In this document: positions 1-13,629 of the stretch, piece by piece
Position numbering within the stretch: position 1 is the stretch's first letter
How the letters are laid out: each line of letters opens with the position of its first letter
Assembly (NCBI GenBank): GCA_963737265.1
Contig: CAVTRY010000012.1
Span: 128,001 to 192,000 of the forward strand
Length of the DNA stretch: 64,000 bases
Direction: 5' to 3'
DNA from: an uncultured delta proteobacterium
Lineage (GTDB): Bacteria > Myxococcota_A > Polyangia > Fen-1088
Notes under the pieces: model-generated
What the model saw: the letters and a program-made list of their open reading frames with translations, nothing else
The model's database searches: none
Told to the model about the DNA's origin: nothing
Translations under genes and position numbers: made by a program

Positions 1-7
1 CGGAAAC

Positions 8-170
8 CTAGAGCACCGAACGGGTTGCCGGACCGAGTGAAATTGCGCAGTTGCGAGCGGCCCGAGGCGCGAGGAGGGAAGATACTCGACGTATCTGACC
101 GACGAGCAACGAAGGGACGCGACGCAAATGAGCGATTTCACGACGGGAGTCAACCCGTTCGGTGCTCTAG
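8..170. mobile_element. Hairpin/MITE-like element, copy A of the shared-core family
   Basis: Perfect 20-bp inverted repeat CTAGAGCACCGAACGGGTTG (8-27) / CAACCCGTTCGGTGCTCTAG (151-170), with CTAG at both ends. The core at 63-114 is shared with the elements at 39215 and 54745. Confidence 0.8.
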
Positions 171-1090
171 AACCTTCCCCGCGCCGCCAGGCCGCCGCCA
201 CTCGGAAGCCAGAGGAAGCTGACCGAGGAATCGTCGTTGCTCGACGAGGAAGAGCCACCCGAGCGAAGGATGAGAAATGTGTCGACCGCAGCGCCCACGA
301 GGGCTACGCCAAACATCGCATAGGACGTGTAGGCCAAGGGCGGCGCGGCGTTACATTCGGTGTTGGCAGTCGCCAAACGATTGTTGGACGCATCGCTGTT
401 GCACGCGTTCATTTTGCTGCGTGCGGCGACGTTGAGCGCGATGCCGACCGCGAGCGCGGCCGCGCTGGTACCGCCGATGACCCATTCCGCAACGTGGGAA
501 GCACCCTGCGCTTGGGCTTCGGGCTCCGCGGGTCGAGTGGCCTCGGCCATGGGCGCCGGCTGCGGCTCGGGCGGCGGCGTCAGCTCCTCTTGCGCCGGTT
601 GCGCCGGCTCGGCGGGTTCGGCCGGCTTCTCTGCGGTCGTCTCGGCCGCGGGCGTTTCCGTCGCCGGCGCCGTTGCGGCCTCTTTTGCGGCGGCGATCTT
701 CTCTTCAAGGGTCGCGACCTTGGTTTTGACGTCTTCCTTATCGGTCGCGTCCGGCTTGAGCGTAAGATAGGCCTTGTACATCTTGAGCGACAGGTCGTAG
801 TCGCCGCTGCGCTCGGCCACGCGCCCGAGGTTGTAGGCGGTGAAGGGGTGCGCAAGCATCTTGTACGAACAGGCATATGCACGGGTTGCCTCGGCGTCGT
901 TGCCGGCGTTCTCCGCGGCCTCGGCGGTACCGAACCATTCCTTGGCCAATCTTCGGCGCTCCTGCGGATCTTCGGGGGACGACGCTGGGCACTCCGCGGC
1001 GCGCGCGGCAGTGGGGCCGAACAGCAAGATCCCGAACGAGATTGCTGCGAGAGCTCGAGGAAGTCGATGTGCGATGCGCGTGTTTTTCAT
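167..1090 (-). CDS. Secreted TPR-containing protein with Pro/Ala/Glu-rich linker and C-terminal hydrophobic segments
   Basis: 307-aa ORF with signal peptide and TPR-like helices (AYNLGRVAERSGDYDLSLKMYKAYL). The stop codon lies in the CTAG end of element A. Confidence 0.75.
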   Translation of the reverse strand: MKNTRIAHRLPRALAAISFGILLFGPTAARAAECPASSPEDPQERRRLAKEWFGTAEAAENAGNDAEATRAYACSYKMLAHPFTAYNLGRVAERSGDYDLSLKMYKAYLTLKPDATDKEDVKTKVATLEEKIAAAKEAATAPATETPAAETTAEKPAEPAEPAQPAQEELTPPPEPQPAPMAEATRPAEPEAQAQGASHVAEWVIGGTSAAALAVGIALNVAARSKMNACNSDASNNRLATANTECNAAPPLAYTSYAMFGVALVGAAVDTFLILRSGGSSSSSNDDSSVSFLWLPSGGGLAARGRF

Positions 1091-1355
1091 GACAGTGCTA
1101 CGGGGTTAAAAGGGGGTTAGGTCGTATCTCTTTGTTCTTTTCCACCAGTCGACCCATCGTTGTTCGGAGTGTCACCCAGGCTGGTGCTGGCTGACGGCTC
1201 AGCTTCATCCTGGCGACGTAGTATCGCGCGTTTTTGCGCTGACGTCGTTCTGTTTTTTTTCCTTGCGACTCGGGAGCTGAAACCTGAAGCCTCATGACGG
1301 GACTGCTTAATCGTCGCGCCACGCGAAAAAGCTCGGGGCTGTGGCTCAGGCGATC

Positions 1356-3255
1356 TCAGGGCGTGTTGGCAACACGAGAGGCAGCCCACGATCCAGGGAC
1401 CACGAAGCTGGCGGTACGCGATCGAATCTCGGCCGACCACAGACCTGGGCCGGCCGCGGATCCGCCGACGCCACTTGCCAGCCCGAGGGCATCGACTTGG
1501 CCATTTCCGTCGAGGTCGACCACGGGGGCTAGGCCGGAGAGGAAAAAGTCGAGACCGTCGCCATCCAGGTTGGCAAAAGCCCCCGACAGGCTTGTCCCCA
1601 GGGCAGCGAGCCCCGACTTACAAGCGACCACCAAACAGCCTCGCGGTTGCTGAATCTCGTCACAGACCGCGGCGTTCGAGCGCGCTGCAACCGGTCAGGA
1701 GCGTGCCGCGATTGCTCAGCTGGGCCAGGCCAAAGATGAAGGTGACCAGGCTGCCGGCATCGGACGCACCCCGCGGCGCGAGACTGCTGTCTTCGAACGC
1801 GTAGCGCGCGGACGTGCCAAGCCGCAGCGTGAAGCCGTGCTCGGGGATCGTGATCTGATCCTTCTTGAGGGTGGCGAGAATCCAGGAGGCGGTCGTCTCG
1901 GTCAGGCCGAGCACGGAGGTCGGGAACGAGTTGGGGGCGGGCGCATCGGGAAAGGTCAAGCCGCCAAGGGCGTGACTCACAAAGTAGCTGTTGGTGGGAC
2001 TTGCTTGCGTCACGGTCAGCACCGAATCGAGGCGAACACGGTCAAGGAGCGTGGCGATTTCCGTGGGGAATGCGCCGAGGTTGGCGCTGATAAGCCGAGC
2101 TCGTGCTCCGGAAAACAGGGCATCGACGGTGACCTCGAGGCTGGTTCGGCCAGCGCTGTCGGTACTGTCGTGACACGGGGTATCGGTTGCGCTGGCGACC
2201 GTTCCCGAAAGCGGTGCCACCGTCTTGCCCCGGTGAGCAAGGATCAGGGCGCCCAAGGTCCCTCCGGCGCCCGGCACGGGAATGCAATCGTTGGGAGCCG
2301 TGGCCGCATCCGACGCCAGCGCGGCGATCGTGCAATCGAGCCACAGCCGGGCGGGGTCGAGCGGGCAGCGCGCCCATTGCTGCCACGCGGATTGAATCAG
2401 GACCGTGGCCGAAAGCGGCGACGCGAACCCGAAGCTAGAAACCGCCTGGTAGGTTCCAAGCGGCACCGGAAACAGGTGATCCATGTAGAGGGTGGCCTGA
2501 ATGGTTTGCGATTCGAGCAACGAGGGGCCCGGCACGTCGACGCAGCCGCCAATGCGCACGATGTTGCTACTGTCCGTTGCCTGGCCCACCACGGCGCTGT
2601 TGCCCTGGGCCGCAACGCCGAAAAATACCAGCGACGAACCGATGGCGATGGGGACGTGCGGTGGGCGCGGCCGATTGGGAGCGACGTTCAGGTTGTTGAG
2701 GTCGAGCAGGGAACACGTCGTGTTGTCGAAGAAAAGCAAACGTGTGGCGGTCAGGGTTTCCGATCCAAGAAGAGCGTAGGCAGGCACGGGAAGGATGGCC
2801 ACGGAATAGGCGTTCGTGGTTACCAAGATATCGGCCACGGCCGACGCGCATTCCTGGCAGGAAGCACGAAGGACGAGAGTCACGGGGCTATTGTCGCTGG
2901 CGAGGTTGCCGGCGATGACTTCGAGCTCCACGCCGCCGTTGCTGTCGGTCAGGGCCTGGTCCGTCGAAAGCTGCGCTCCCGTCACCCCGCCATCGCTGGC
3001 GGCGCTGGCGATGGAAAAATCGACGAGGTAATCGGGAATCGGCAAATTCTGACCGTCGCGCAGGACAAATTGAAGACGACCGCTGCCTGCGGGGCGGATG
3101 ACCAGCGAGTCGGGGGTGGCGCTCAAGGAAAGGCCGCTCGGAGGCGCGCCATCGGCAAGCTGCACCGGCGAGTTGGATCGGCAGCTGGTTGCGCCAACGG
3201 CAACCAGAAGGCAGACGCCACTCGTGGCAGCCCAAACGTGCATGACACGGCTCAT
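1356..3255 (-). pseudogene. Cys-rich lipoprotein with Ig-like N-terminal region, split by a 1-nt frameshift (or sequencing error)
   Basis: ORFs 1660..3339 and 1356..1634 join in frame if one T at 1675/1676 is removed (CSALDAAVCDEIQQPRGCLVVACKSG). Lipobox-like GATSC. Likely ATG at 3255. Confidence 0.65.
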
Positions 3256-3337
3256 CGGCTCACCGACGGAGTTTACGCTATCACGAGTTGCCCACGTTGA
3301 CCTTCGTTCGTCGCGCGAGTAAACCCCTGGGACAAGC

Positions 3338-6925
<3,588 letters not shown>

Positions 6926-6938
6926 GAAGATATCCAGC

Positions 6939-7337
6939 ATGTTTCGCTCTATCGCTGTCGCGACGTTGTTTGCCGCACTGTTCGCATCCCAAGTCTTTTC
7001 AGCCGACGGGCTGGCACCACCCCCGGGCTACAAGCCCGACAAGAAAACCATCCGACTGTTCGAGGCGAAGTGCGCGACTTGCCACGGCGAGGATGGTCGC
7101 GCGAAGACCGAGCTCGGCCAAGAAATGGCCGTCGCGGACATGACCCGGGTGGCGTACTGGAAAAATCTGACGCTCGAAAGCGCGCGCAAATCGGTGATGG
7201 ACGGCATTAAGCGTACCTCCAAAGGTCTGGACGGCAAGGAGGCCGGAAAGGAACAAGAAATGAAGCCTTTCCGCGACCGGCTCGCGCCCGAGCAGATCGA
7301 CGCTCTCAATCTTTACGCATCTTCCTTCAAGAAGTAG
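6939..7337 (+). CDS. Monoheme c-type cytochrome
   Basis: Signal peptide, CATCH heme-binding motif and distal Met (EMKPF). Confidence 0.85.
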   Translation: MFRSIAVATLFAALFASQVFSADGLAPPPGYKPDKKTIRLFEAKCATCHGEDGRAKTELGQEMAVADMTRVAYWKNLTLESARKSVMDGIKRTSKGLDGKEAGKEQEMKPFRDRLAPEQIDALNLYASSFKK

Positions 7338-7405
7338 CCGCGGCCAGGCCGGATGCCTGTTACACTGGGACTCAGGACTTACGAGGAGGCCGCGAGTAGC
7401 ACATC

Positions 7406-7912
7406 ATGGCGACCCCAGGGGTAGGCGAGGACATTGAGGACATTTGCACACGTTGTGGCGACACCTGGCACGTCGTCATGGCCAAGCTCGGCGATCGGGT
7501 CGCCAAAGTTGTATGCAAACTTTGCGGCAGCCAGCACAACTACCGCGGCGAGAAAAATGCGAAGGCGCCCACATCGGGGCCAAGCTCATGGGGACGGCCG
7601 CGCCGACGCAAGCCGGGCCGCGGTTCCGAAACGGCCGCGGCACCGACCCCCGACTTCGACCCCAGCAAACCACCGCGCGGCTACTCGCCTAAGGACACCT
7701 ATTTCCCGGGCGAACGCGTGATCCACGCGACCTTCGGCATCGGCGTGGTGGCGGCAGTACCCGGCCCCGGTAAGGTTGACGTGCAATTTCCCGCCGGCGC
7801 GCGAACCCTGGCCTGCGCCAAGGCAGCTTCCGCACTTGAGCGACCGATCGCGGTGGTCAACCTCGCGGTTCCCGACAGCCCCGGACCCAAGGCTGGATCC
7901 AGCGGCGCCTAG
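7406..7912 (+). CDS. Hypothetical protein with N-terminal zinc ribbon
   Basis: CTRC...CKLC pairs. C-terminal GERVIHATFGIGVV resembles a Tudor/SH3-like motif. GAGGAGG upstream. Confidence 0.75.
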   Translation: MATPGVGEDIEDICTRCGDTWHVVMAKLGDRVAKVVCKLCGSQHNYRGEKNAKAPTSGPSSWGRPRRRKPGRGSETAAAPTPDFDPSKPPRGYSPKDTYFPGERVIHATFGIGVVAAVPGPGKVDVQFPAGARTLACAKAASALERPIAVVNLAVPDSPGPKAGSSGA

Positions 7913-7923
7913 CCGCAGTCGTC

Positions 7924-9315
7924 GTGGCAACCGCCAAGCTTCCGCGTCCCGGCGACGAGCTCGAAGCCACTTGCGCCAGTCTCGACGAGGATGGTGCCGG
8001 CGTGGCAGATGTCCCGGCCGGCCCGGAAACCTTGCGCGTGCATGTGCAAGGCGCCCTGCCCGGCGAGCGAGTGCGCGCGCGCATCGACCATGTGTCCGTG
8101 CACCTGCGCGCCGGAGTGCGCGAGGCGTGGGCCGAAACGCGCGAAGTGCTGATTTCGTCGCCCCACCGCGTGGCACCGTTCTGTCCGAAGCAAGGGCCGT
8201 GCGGGAGTTGCCCGCTCATCCTCGCCTATCCGGCACAGCTTGCGTGGAAACGCGAGCGCGTGCGGGAGTCGCTGGCCGAGTATCCTGGGCTAGCCGAGGT
8301 TGCGGTCGAGCCCTGCGTCCCGTCGCCGCGCACCACCGGCTACCGCAATCAAGCCAAGTATGTCTACGGCCGCGCCCAGCATTCGGGCCGGCCGATTCTT
8401 GGCGCGTACGCCCCGCGATCTCACGCCATCGTCGATTTGTCGGGCTGCCACGTGGTCGAACCGGTGCTCGATGAAGTTCGAAAGACGTTGCTCGAAATTC
8501 TCCTCGCCAAGGTCGTCGAGCCGTTCGACGAGGTTCGACGAACTGGTGTCCTCCGTTACGTCGTCATGCGAGCGACGCTTTCGCATCAGGCGCTGGTCAC
8601 ACTCGTGGCAGCGCGCTCCGACTGGAAGGACGCCGACGCTGTCGCGACCGCGCTGGCCGAGCAGTGCCACGCGCTGGCCGGCGTCGTCCTCAATGTGAAC
8701 CCCACCGCCGGCAACAAGCTCTTCGGCGACGACGAGCGCCTTCTCTTCGGCCAAGCCACCGTGGACGACGAAATCGGCGACGTGCGCGTGCGACTGTCTT
8801 CCCGTTCTTTCTTCCAAGCCAACCGCGAGCTCGCGTCCCGGATCTACCGCGATCTCGTAGCCGCCGTCCCCGTGTCCGTCGGCCGCGCCGTCGACGTCTA
8901 CGCTGGCGCAGGCGGCATTGCCCTTTCGCTCGCGCCCATCGCACACGAAGTCGTGGCCATCGAGGAGAATATGGCGGCTACCGATGTCGCTCGGACCTTC
9001 ATCGCCGAACAAACGGCACTGGGCGAGCGCGTGCGCATCGTGACCGGAGATGCCGCCGCTTGCCTCGCACAGGTCAGCACCGCCGATCTGGTCGTGCTCA
9101 ATCCCCCGCGCAAAGGCTGCTCCGCCCAGGTCCTCGCGGCCGTGCAGCGCCTTCGCCCCAAGCATCTGTTCTATCTCAGTTGCGATCCGCGCACCCTCTC
9201 CCGCGATCTCGCCGCGCTCGTGCGCGCGGGCGCGACGGTGACACGAGTAACCCCCTACGACATGATGCCGCACACACCACACGTGGAGACGTTGGCGGTG
9301 TTGCGAATCAATTGA
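7924..9315 (+). CDS. rlmD: 23S rRNA (uracil-5)-methyltransferase RlmD/RumA family
   Basis: TRAM-like N-terminus, Fe-S cysteines (CPKQGPCGSC), SFFQAN, VDVYAGAG, LNPPRKG, YLSCDP and DMMPHTPHVE. Confidence 0.93.
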   Translation: MATAKLPRPGDELEATCASLDEDGAGVADVPAGPETLRVHVQGALPGERVRARIDHVSVHLRAGVREAWAETREVLISSPHRVAPFCPKQGPCGSCPLILAYPAQLAWKRERVRESLAEYPGLAEVAVEPCVPSPRTTGYRNQAKYVYGRAQHSGRPILGAYAPRSHAIVDLSGCHVVEPVLDEVRKTLLEILLAKVVEPFDEVRRTGVLRYVVMRATLSHQALVTLVAARSDWKDADAVATALAEQCHALAGVVLNVNPTAGNKLFGDDERLLFGQATVDDEIGDVRVRLSSRSFFQANRELASRIYRDLVAAVPVSVGRAVDVYAGAGGIALSLAPIAHEVVAIEENMAATDVARTFIAEQTALGERVRIVTGDAAACLAQVSTADLVVLNPPRKGCSAQVLAAVQRLRPKHLFYLSCDPRTLSRDLAALVRAGATVTRVTPYDMMPHTPHVETLAVLRIN

Positions 9316-9347
9316 GCGCCGTCAGCCGGACAGCGCGGAAGCCACCG

Positions 9348-9572
9348 CTAAGGCGCGCACGTTCCCTGGGTGCAATTCTGGGTTCCCATCCCGGCGTCGT
9401 CCAGGGGGCCGATGACCTTGGAGAGCCAGCAAGCGGCGTCGATGGTGGTCGGAGCACCGCCGGTGCAAGTCATGGTGACCTTCGAGCTTCCAACGCCGAT
9501 GGTCGAGCTGGCGATCTCATTTCCCGTGGAGTCGCGGGGTTGCAGGCAAGGGTAGGGTCGAAAACCGGACAT
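9348..9572 (-). pseudogene. Possible C-terminal remnant of a Cys-rich secreted protein
   Basis: Short ORF ending TCTGG...AACW...DDAGMGTQNCTQGTCAP, with no signal peptide or clear start. Confidence 0.3.
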
Positions 9573-9622
9573 CCGCCTCGTCCCGCGGTAGTCTTACGGG
9601 CTCGCCGATCCAAAGGAACCTA

Positions 9623-10207
9623 ATGGACACTACGAGCTTGCTTGCGAAAGTGGATGCCGGAATTTCGAACCACGAAGCGACATTCCGGTTTGCCAAGGGC
9701 CGGGCACTGACCCATGCGGTTCTCTATGGACTCTTGGGAGTGACCATCGTCGCCTTCGCGATTGTGCTCGCCCCCAGCGTAGATCGGAAGGCGGGCGGTG
9801 TCCTGTACGGTGCCATGGCAGTGGCCGGTCTGATTGTGCTGTCGGCGCTCTGGCGCAGCCTCGGTCGCTTTCTGGACTATCGGTGGGCTGATACGAACGT
9901 CTTGGTCGTCACGGCCGAGGGAGTCGTTCGGCGGCTGCGCGGCCACGTGCGTGCGTGGCCGTTCTCGGAATATCCGGAGCTCCAGGTCGTGGCGATAGGC
10001 CGCCACACGGGCACGAAGATTTATCACGTGCCGTTGCGACCGCTCGGCTTCTCCGGCGACGCCTACCCATTTGCTGGCGGCTTCGAATCCATCTACCTCA
10101 ACCAGGAAGGCGGTAGCTTCCAGCATGAGATCGTCGACGATGACTCGTTCGGGCCCATGCAGGACATCGCCCTCGCCATCGTCGAGCGCGCACGGACATC
10201 CCAGTAA
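9623..10207 (+). CDS. Hypothetical membrane protein (2 TM segments plus soluble C-terminal domain)
   Basis: 194-aa ORF with AAGGA SD and two hydrophobic helices. Confidence 0.7.
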   Translation: MDTTSLLAKVDAGISNHEATFRFAKGRALTHAVLYGLLGVTIVAFAIVLAPSVDRKAGGVLYGAMAVAGLIVLSALWRSLGRFLDYRWADTNVLVVTAEGVVRRLRGHVRAWPFSEYPELQVVAIGRHTGTKIYHVPLRPLGFSGDAYPFAGGFESIYLNQEGGSFQHEIVDDDSFGPMQDIALAIVERARTSQ

Positions 10208-10244
10208 GGCTCCAGCGACTGGCTCCCACGGTCCGGGCCGCTCG

Positions 10245-10365
10245 GACTCTTCCATCGGCCTCTTCCCGCCCGAGAAGCCGCGTGCTTCGATTAGAGCAAG
10301 GGCTTGCTGAGCCAGAGCAAGGTCAGCCGCGGTCGCCACACCGGAAAGCGCCCGCAGGTCTGCTG
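10245..10365 (-). pseudogene. Possible remnant of a nucleotidyltransferase (AbiEii-like) C-terminus
   Basis: The minus-strand peptide ADLRALSGVATAADLALAQQALALIEARGFSGGK resembles, from memory, C-termini of such proteins. There is no N-terminal part. Confidence 0.3.
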
Positions 10366-10415
10366 GCGCCGTGCTTTTCGCCCTGATGCGTGCGCGAATC
10401 ATTCGTCGCAGGGGT

Positions 10416-10491
10416 GGCCGTGCGGGAGTCGCCCGCTCATCCTCGCCTATCCCTCCTATCCGGCACAGCCTGCGTGGAAACGCGAGCGCGT
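10416..10491 (+). repeat. Intergenic copy of an internal rlmD segment (8195-8261)
   Basis: 67-bp match with 2 substitutions plus a 9-bp insertion (CCTCCTATC) that nearly duplicates the adjacent sequence. Confidence 0.9.
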
Positions 10492-10508
10492 CAGAATAGA
10501 CTATTACC

Positions 10509-11300
10509 CTAGCCGCCGGCCGCAGCCGCGGCTTGCGCGCTCTTGAGCCGCTCGGCGCGCTGCGGCGCTTGGCGGAGGATCACGGCGCCCACCACGACCA
10601 GTAGTACGGAACCATACTGGCCGGGTGTGAAGCCGAAGTAGCGCGCGTCGTCCCAGCGTAGGAAATCGAGCAGGAACCGCACGGGCGCGTAGGCGACGGC
10701 GAGCAGGCCCACGTAGAACCCCGGCGGGCGCGGCTTGCCGCGGCCGAGCCACTGGAAGAGGAGCACCAAGGGCACGGTGTAGAGAGCTTCGTCGAGGCCG
10801 AGGTTGTGGCGAACGACGTGGTCGGTGTAGCGCTCGGCGAGGAAAAAGCTGGTGGAAAAGCCCGGGTGATCGAAGGCCACGGCACAGCCCATGCGGCCGA
10901 AGAGCCAGGCGGGCGGAAAGGCGTAGGCGATGAGATCGAGATAGCGCCAGCCGAGGACGCCGGTGCGCTGCTGGTGCACGAACCACACCGCGACCGCGGT
11001 GCCGCCGATGAAACCGCCGAACGAGCTGATGCTCTCCCAGATGTAGAGCAGGCTCAGCGGGTTCTCGACGACGTCGCGCGGGAAGTAGGCGATGCGATCG
11101 AACACGTGGGCGACGATAAAGCCAATGACGACCATGCGCATGGCCAGGCGCTCGGCCAGCACCGGATCCAGTCCCAACATCGGCGCGCGCCGGCGAATGA
11201 TACGGAACGCGAGCAGGATGCCGGTGGCCACCAGCGCGCCGAAGGCGTGGATGGTGATGGGGCCGAGATGAAGACTGGGTTGGGCGAAGTAGGGAATCAC
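10509..11300 (-). CDS. lgt: Prolipoprotein diacylglyceryl transferase family protein
   Basis: GTG start at 11300 overlaps the upstream stop (GTGA). Motifs LHLGPITIHAFG, ISSFGG, FGRMGC...DHPG and RFLLDFLR. Confidence 0.85.
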   Translation of the reverse strand: MIPYFAQPSLHLGPITIHAFGALVATGILLAFRIIRRRAPMLGLDPVLAERLAMRMVVIGFIVAHVFDRIAYFPRDVVENPLSLLYIWESISSFGGFIGGTAVAVWFVHQQRTGVLGWRYLDLIAYAFPPAWLFGRMGCAVAFDHPGFSTSFFLAERYTDHVVRHNLGLDEALYTVPLVLLFQWLGRGKPRPPGFYVGLLAVAYAPVRFLLDFLRWDDARYFGFTPGQYGSVLLVVVGAVILRQAPQRAERLKSAQAAAAAGG

Positions 11301-11827
11301 GGAGAACCTCCGCCGGCGTGGGCGACGTAGTGCCGGCGCGTCCATTCTGCCATGGCAATCCCGGCCGCCACGGTGACAGGAAAGGAATTGTTGATGCCGT
11401 ACATGGGAATACCGACGACGACGCTGGCGGCTGCGATGAGCGAATCGGGCACACCAGTGGATTCGCTGCCGAACACCATCAGGGATTGCTCGGGCAGATC
11501 CGCGTGCCACAGATCCACGCGCGCGTGCTCGCGCTCGAACACCAGCATGGGCAGGTCGCGTTCGCGCGCCCACGCCAACAGGGCTTCTTCGTCGGGCAGG
11601 TAGACCAGATTCTCGTAGCGCTGCATGCCCATGGCGGCGCGCTGGTAGAAGCGCTCGTCGCCCACCAGGACGATGTCTTGCACCAAGAACGAATGCGCCA
11701 CGCGGATGATGGCGCCCACGTTGAACGGGTTGCCCGCGCGCAGAATGGCGATACGCAGCGGGCGGCGCAGCGGTTCGAGGCTGGCCTTGACCTCGTCCAG
11801 CGACATGTCGAAACTGGGTACCTTCAT
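11297..11827 (-). CDS. TrmH/SpoU family RNA methyltransferase
   Basis: NPFNVGAIIR, VFGSESTG and IPMYGINNSFPV SPOUT motifs. Confidence 0.88.
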   Translation of the reverse strand: MKVPSFDMSLDEVKASLEPLRRPLRIAILRAGNPFNVGAIIRVAHSFLVQDIVLVGDERFYQRAAMGMQRYENLVYLPDEEALLAWARERDLPMLVFEREHARVDLWHADLPEQSLMVFGSESTGVPDSLIAAASVVVGIPMYGINNSFPVTVAAGIAMAEWTRRHYVAHAGGGSP

Positions 11828-11878
11828 GAAGGGCCGGAAGTGTAGCGGTCGCGTAGCTTGGGAGCTAGCGAGTTCTGC

Positions 11879-12358
11879 CTAGCGGAACCAGCGCAATTTG
11901 CGCCAGAAGAGACCGCCCGCGATCCCGACCGCCATGGCGACCAGAATGACGACCCAGAACCAGCGGCTGCGCGTGATGGCCTCGCGCGGCTGCATCTTGT
12001 GAATGCTGAGGGCAAGCGCGGCCTTGGACAGAATCTGAGTCTGCATTTGCGCCGCCACCGCGTCCTTGGGATTCTCGTCGAGGCGCTCGCGGTAGAGCCG
12101 TCCGCCAGCGGCCAAGGTGTCGGTTTGCAAACAATGCTTGAGGAACTCCTCGTGCCGGGCGGAATCGCTCCAGTGTTCTTGAACCCGTCGCCACAGATCC
12201 TCGCCGGCCGAGTCGAGCTTGGCCATCGCGACGGAGCCGTCCTCTTTCCAAAAGGCGAAAACCAGTCCGCAACGCGGACACGACTCGGCTTCGTCCCCAG
12301 GCTTCTTGCCGCACTTTGGGCAAGGCAGCGCCGAGTGAAGAGAAGGCGAGACGGTCAT
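11879..12358 (-). CDS. Hypothetical double zinc-ribbon protein with C-terminal TM anchor
   Basis: CPKC...CPRC and a hydrophobic C-terminus. Start placed at ATG 12358, 6 nt after TATCAT. Confidence 0.7.
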   Translation of the reverse strand: MTVSPSLHSALPCPKCGKKPGDEAESCPRCGLVFAFWKEDGSVAMAKLDSAGEDLWRRVQEHWSDSARHEEFLKHCLQTDTLAAGGRLYRERLDENPKDAVAAQMQTQILSKAALALSIHKMQPREAITRSRWFWVVILVAMAVGIAGGLFWRKLRWFR

Positions 12359-12431
12359 GCCACCATGATAGACACAAAACGCCCGACCATCCACAAGCGC
12401 CAGTGCAACCGCGTGGACGCCATCTTAAAGT

Positions 12432-13532
12432 CTACGATGCATTCGCCACGCGGTCACGGCCGGCTTGCTTGGCGGAATAGAGACACTGGTCAGCTCGGTC
12501 GAGCCAGGTCTTTTCATCGTCGCCGGTCTCGATCTGGGCCAGCCCGATCGAAACGGTGACGCCAATGGTCTGTTCCGTTGGGGTGGGGACGAGCAGCGCG
12601 CGGATTCTGCCCAGCACGCGTTCGGCCAGCGTGCCCGCGTCCTCGACGCTGGTTTCGCGCAGGATGACGGCGAACTCGTCGCCGCCGATGCGCGAGACGA
12701 AATCGTTCTTGCGCAAGAACACCTTGACCACGGCGTTGGCCACGTGCCGCAAGACCTCGTCGCCGGTCACGTGGCCGTTCGAATCGTTGACCGTCTTGAA
12801 ATGGTCGACGTCGACGATGAGCATGGACATGGGATGGCCGAAGGCCTTGAACATCTCCACGCTGCGGGCGAGGTAGTCATCGAACGCCTTGCGGTTCGAA
12901 ATACGCGTGAGCGGATCGGTTTCGCCTTCCCGGCGCGCGGATTCAAGCTCGTCGCCGAGCGAGCGGACTTGCGCGCCCAGCGCCTGCATCTGTTTGTGCT
13001 GACGCTGACTGCGCTCTTCCAGGATCACCTTGAGGGTTCCCACCGCGTCGAGCACCTCGCGTTTCAGCTCGGCCGTGGCGTTGGCCTCCACCAATTTTGC
13101 CAGACGCTCCATCTGCGCGAGCAGGCGTTCGTCGGTCTGCTCGTCCTGCGAAAAGGCTTGGCTGATGTTGCGGATGAAAACCCAAATGACCTGGCGCAGA
13201 TCCGTCGTGACGTCGACCACGCGCTTGGAGCTGGCCTGACAGTAGTCGCGCACGAAGCGCCGCACGCCTTCCCACTCGCGACGTCCCTTGCGTGTCTTGG
13301 CGTCGTCGTCGGGCATGCCCGGCGGCGCCGTGGCCAAGGTGACGTGCTTGGCCCACGCCTCGGCGGCGGCGCGGAACGACGGGATGTCGGTGCCTTCCTG
13401 CTCGAGCGCGAACTCGGCCATGCTGCGCAACATGCCCGCCAGGGTATCCAGCGCCATGTCGCCGGCAAGCCGATCCTCCGGCGTCCCTGGGGGAGGCTGG
13501 TTCTCGGATGGTCGCTGTGATCTCCCGAACAT
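12432..13532 (-). CDS. Diguanylate cyclase (GGDEF) with coiled-coil N-terminus
   Basis: TDPLT..NR, DVDHFKTVND..GH..GD, intact GGDEF and an RxxD I-site (RKND). Confidence 0.92.
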   Translation of the reverse strand: MFGRSQRPSENQPPPGTPEDRLAGDMALDTLAGMLRSMAEFALEQEGTDIPSFRAAAEAWAKHVTLATAPPGMPDDDAKTRKGRREWEGVRRFVRDYCQASSKRVVDVTTDLRQVIWVFIRNISQAFSQDEQTDERLLAQMERLAKLVEANATAELKREVLDAVGTLKVILEERSQRQHKQMQALGAQVRSLGDELESARREGETDPLTRISNRKAFDDYLARSVEMFKAFGHPMSMLIVDVDHFKTVNDSNGHVTGDEVLRHVANAVVKVFLRKNDFVSRIGGDEFAVILRETSVEDAGTLAERVLGRIRALLVPTPTEQTIGVTVSIGLAQIETGDDEKTWLDRADQCLYSAKQAGRDRVANAS

Positions 13533-13553
13533 GGCCGCGCGTTGCAACCAGGA

Positions 13554-13581
13554 TCATCGGCGGGTCGGGGAGCGAAATTGA
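13554..13581 (-). promoter_or_regulatory. Sigma-28 (FliA/SigD)-like promoter
   Basis: TCAA-N16-GCCGATGA ending 21 nt upstream of the GGDEF start. Confidence 0.5.
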
Positions 13582-13629
13582 GTGGCGGACCACGGGAAAT
13601 TCCGCAGCGCAAATCGGCCCCGGGGACAC

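Noticed and set aside
1091-1355. AT-richer intergenic stretch as a riboswitch or sRNA
   Set aside because: I recognised no motif or convincing structure.
9316-10500. Integron cassette array
   Set aside because: No attC-like RYYYAAC/GTTRRRY pairs and no integrase are visible.
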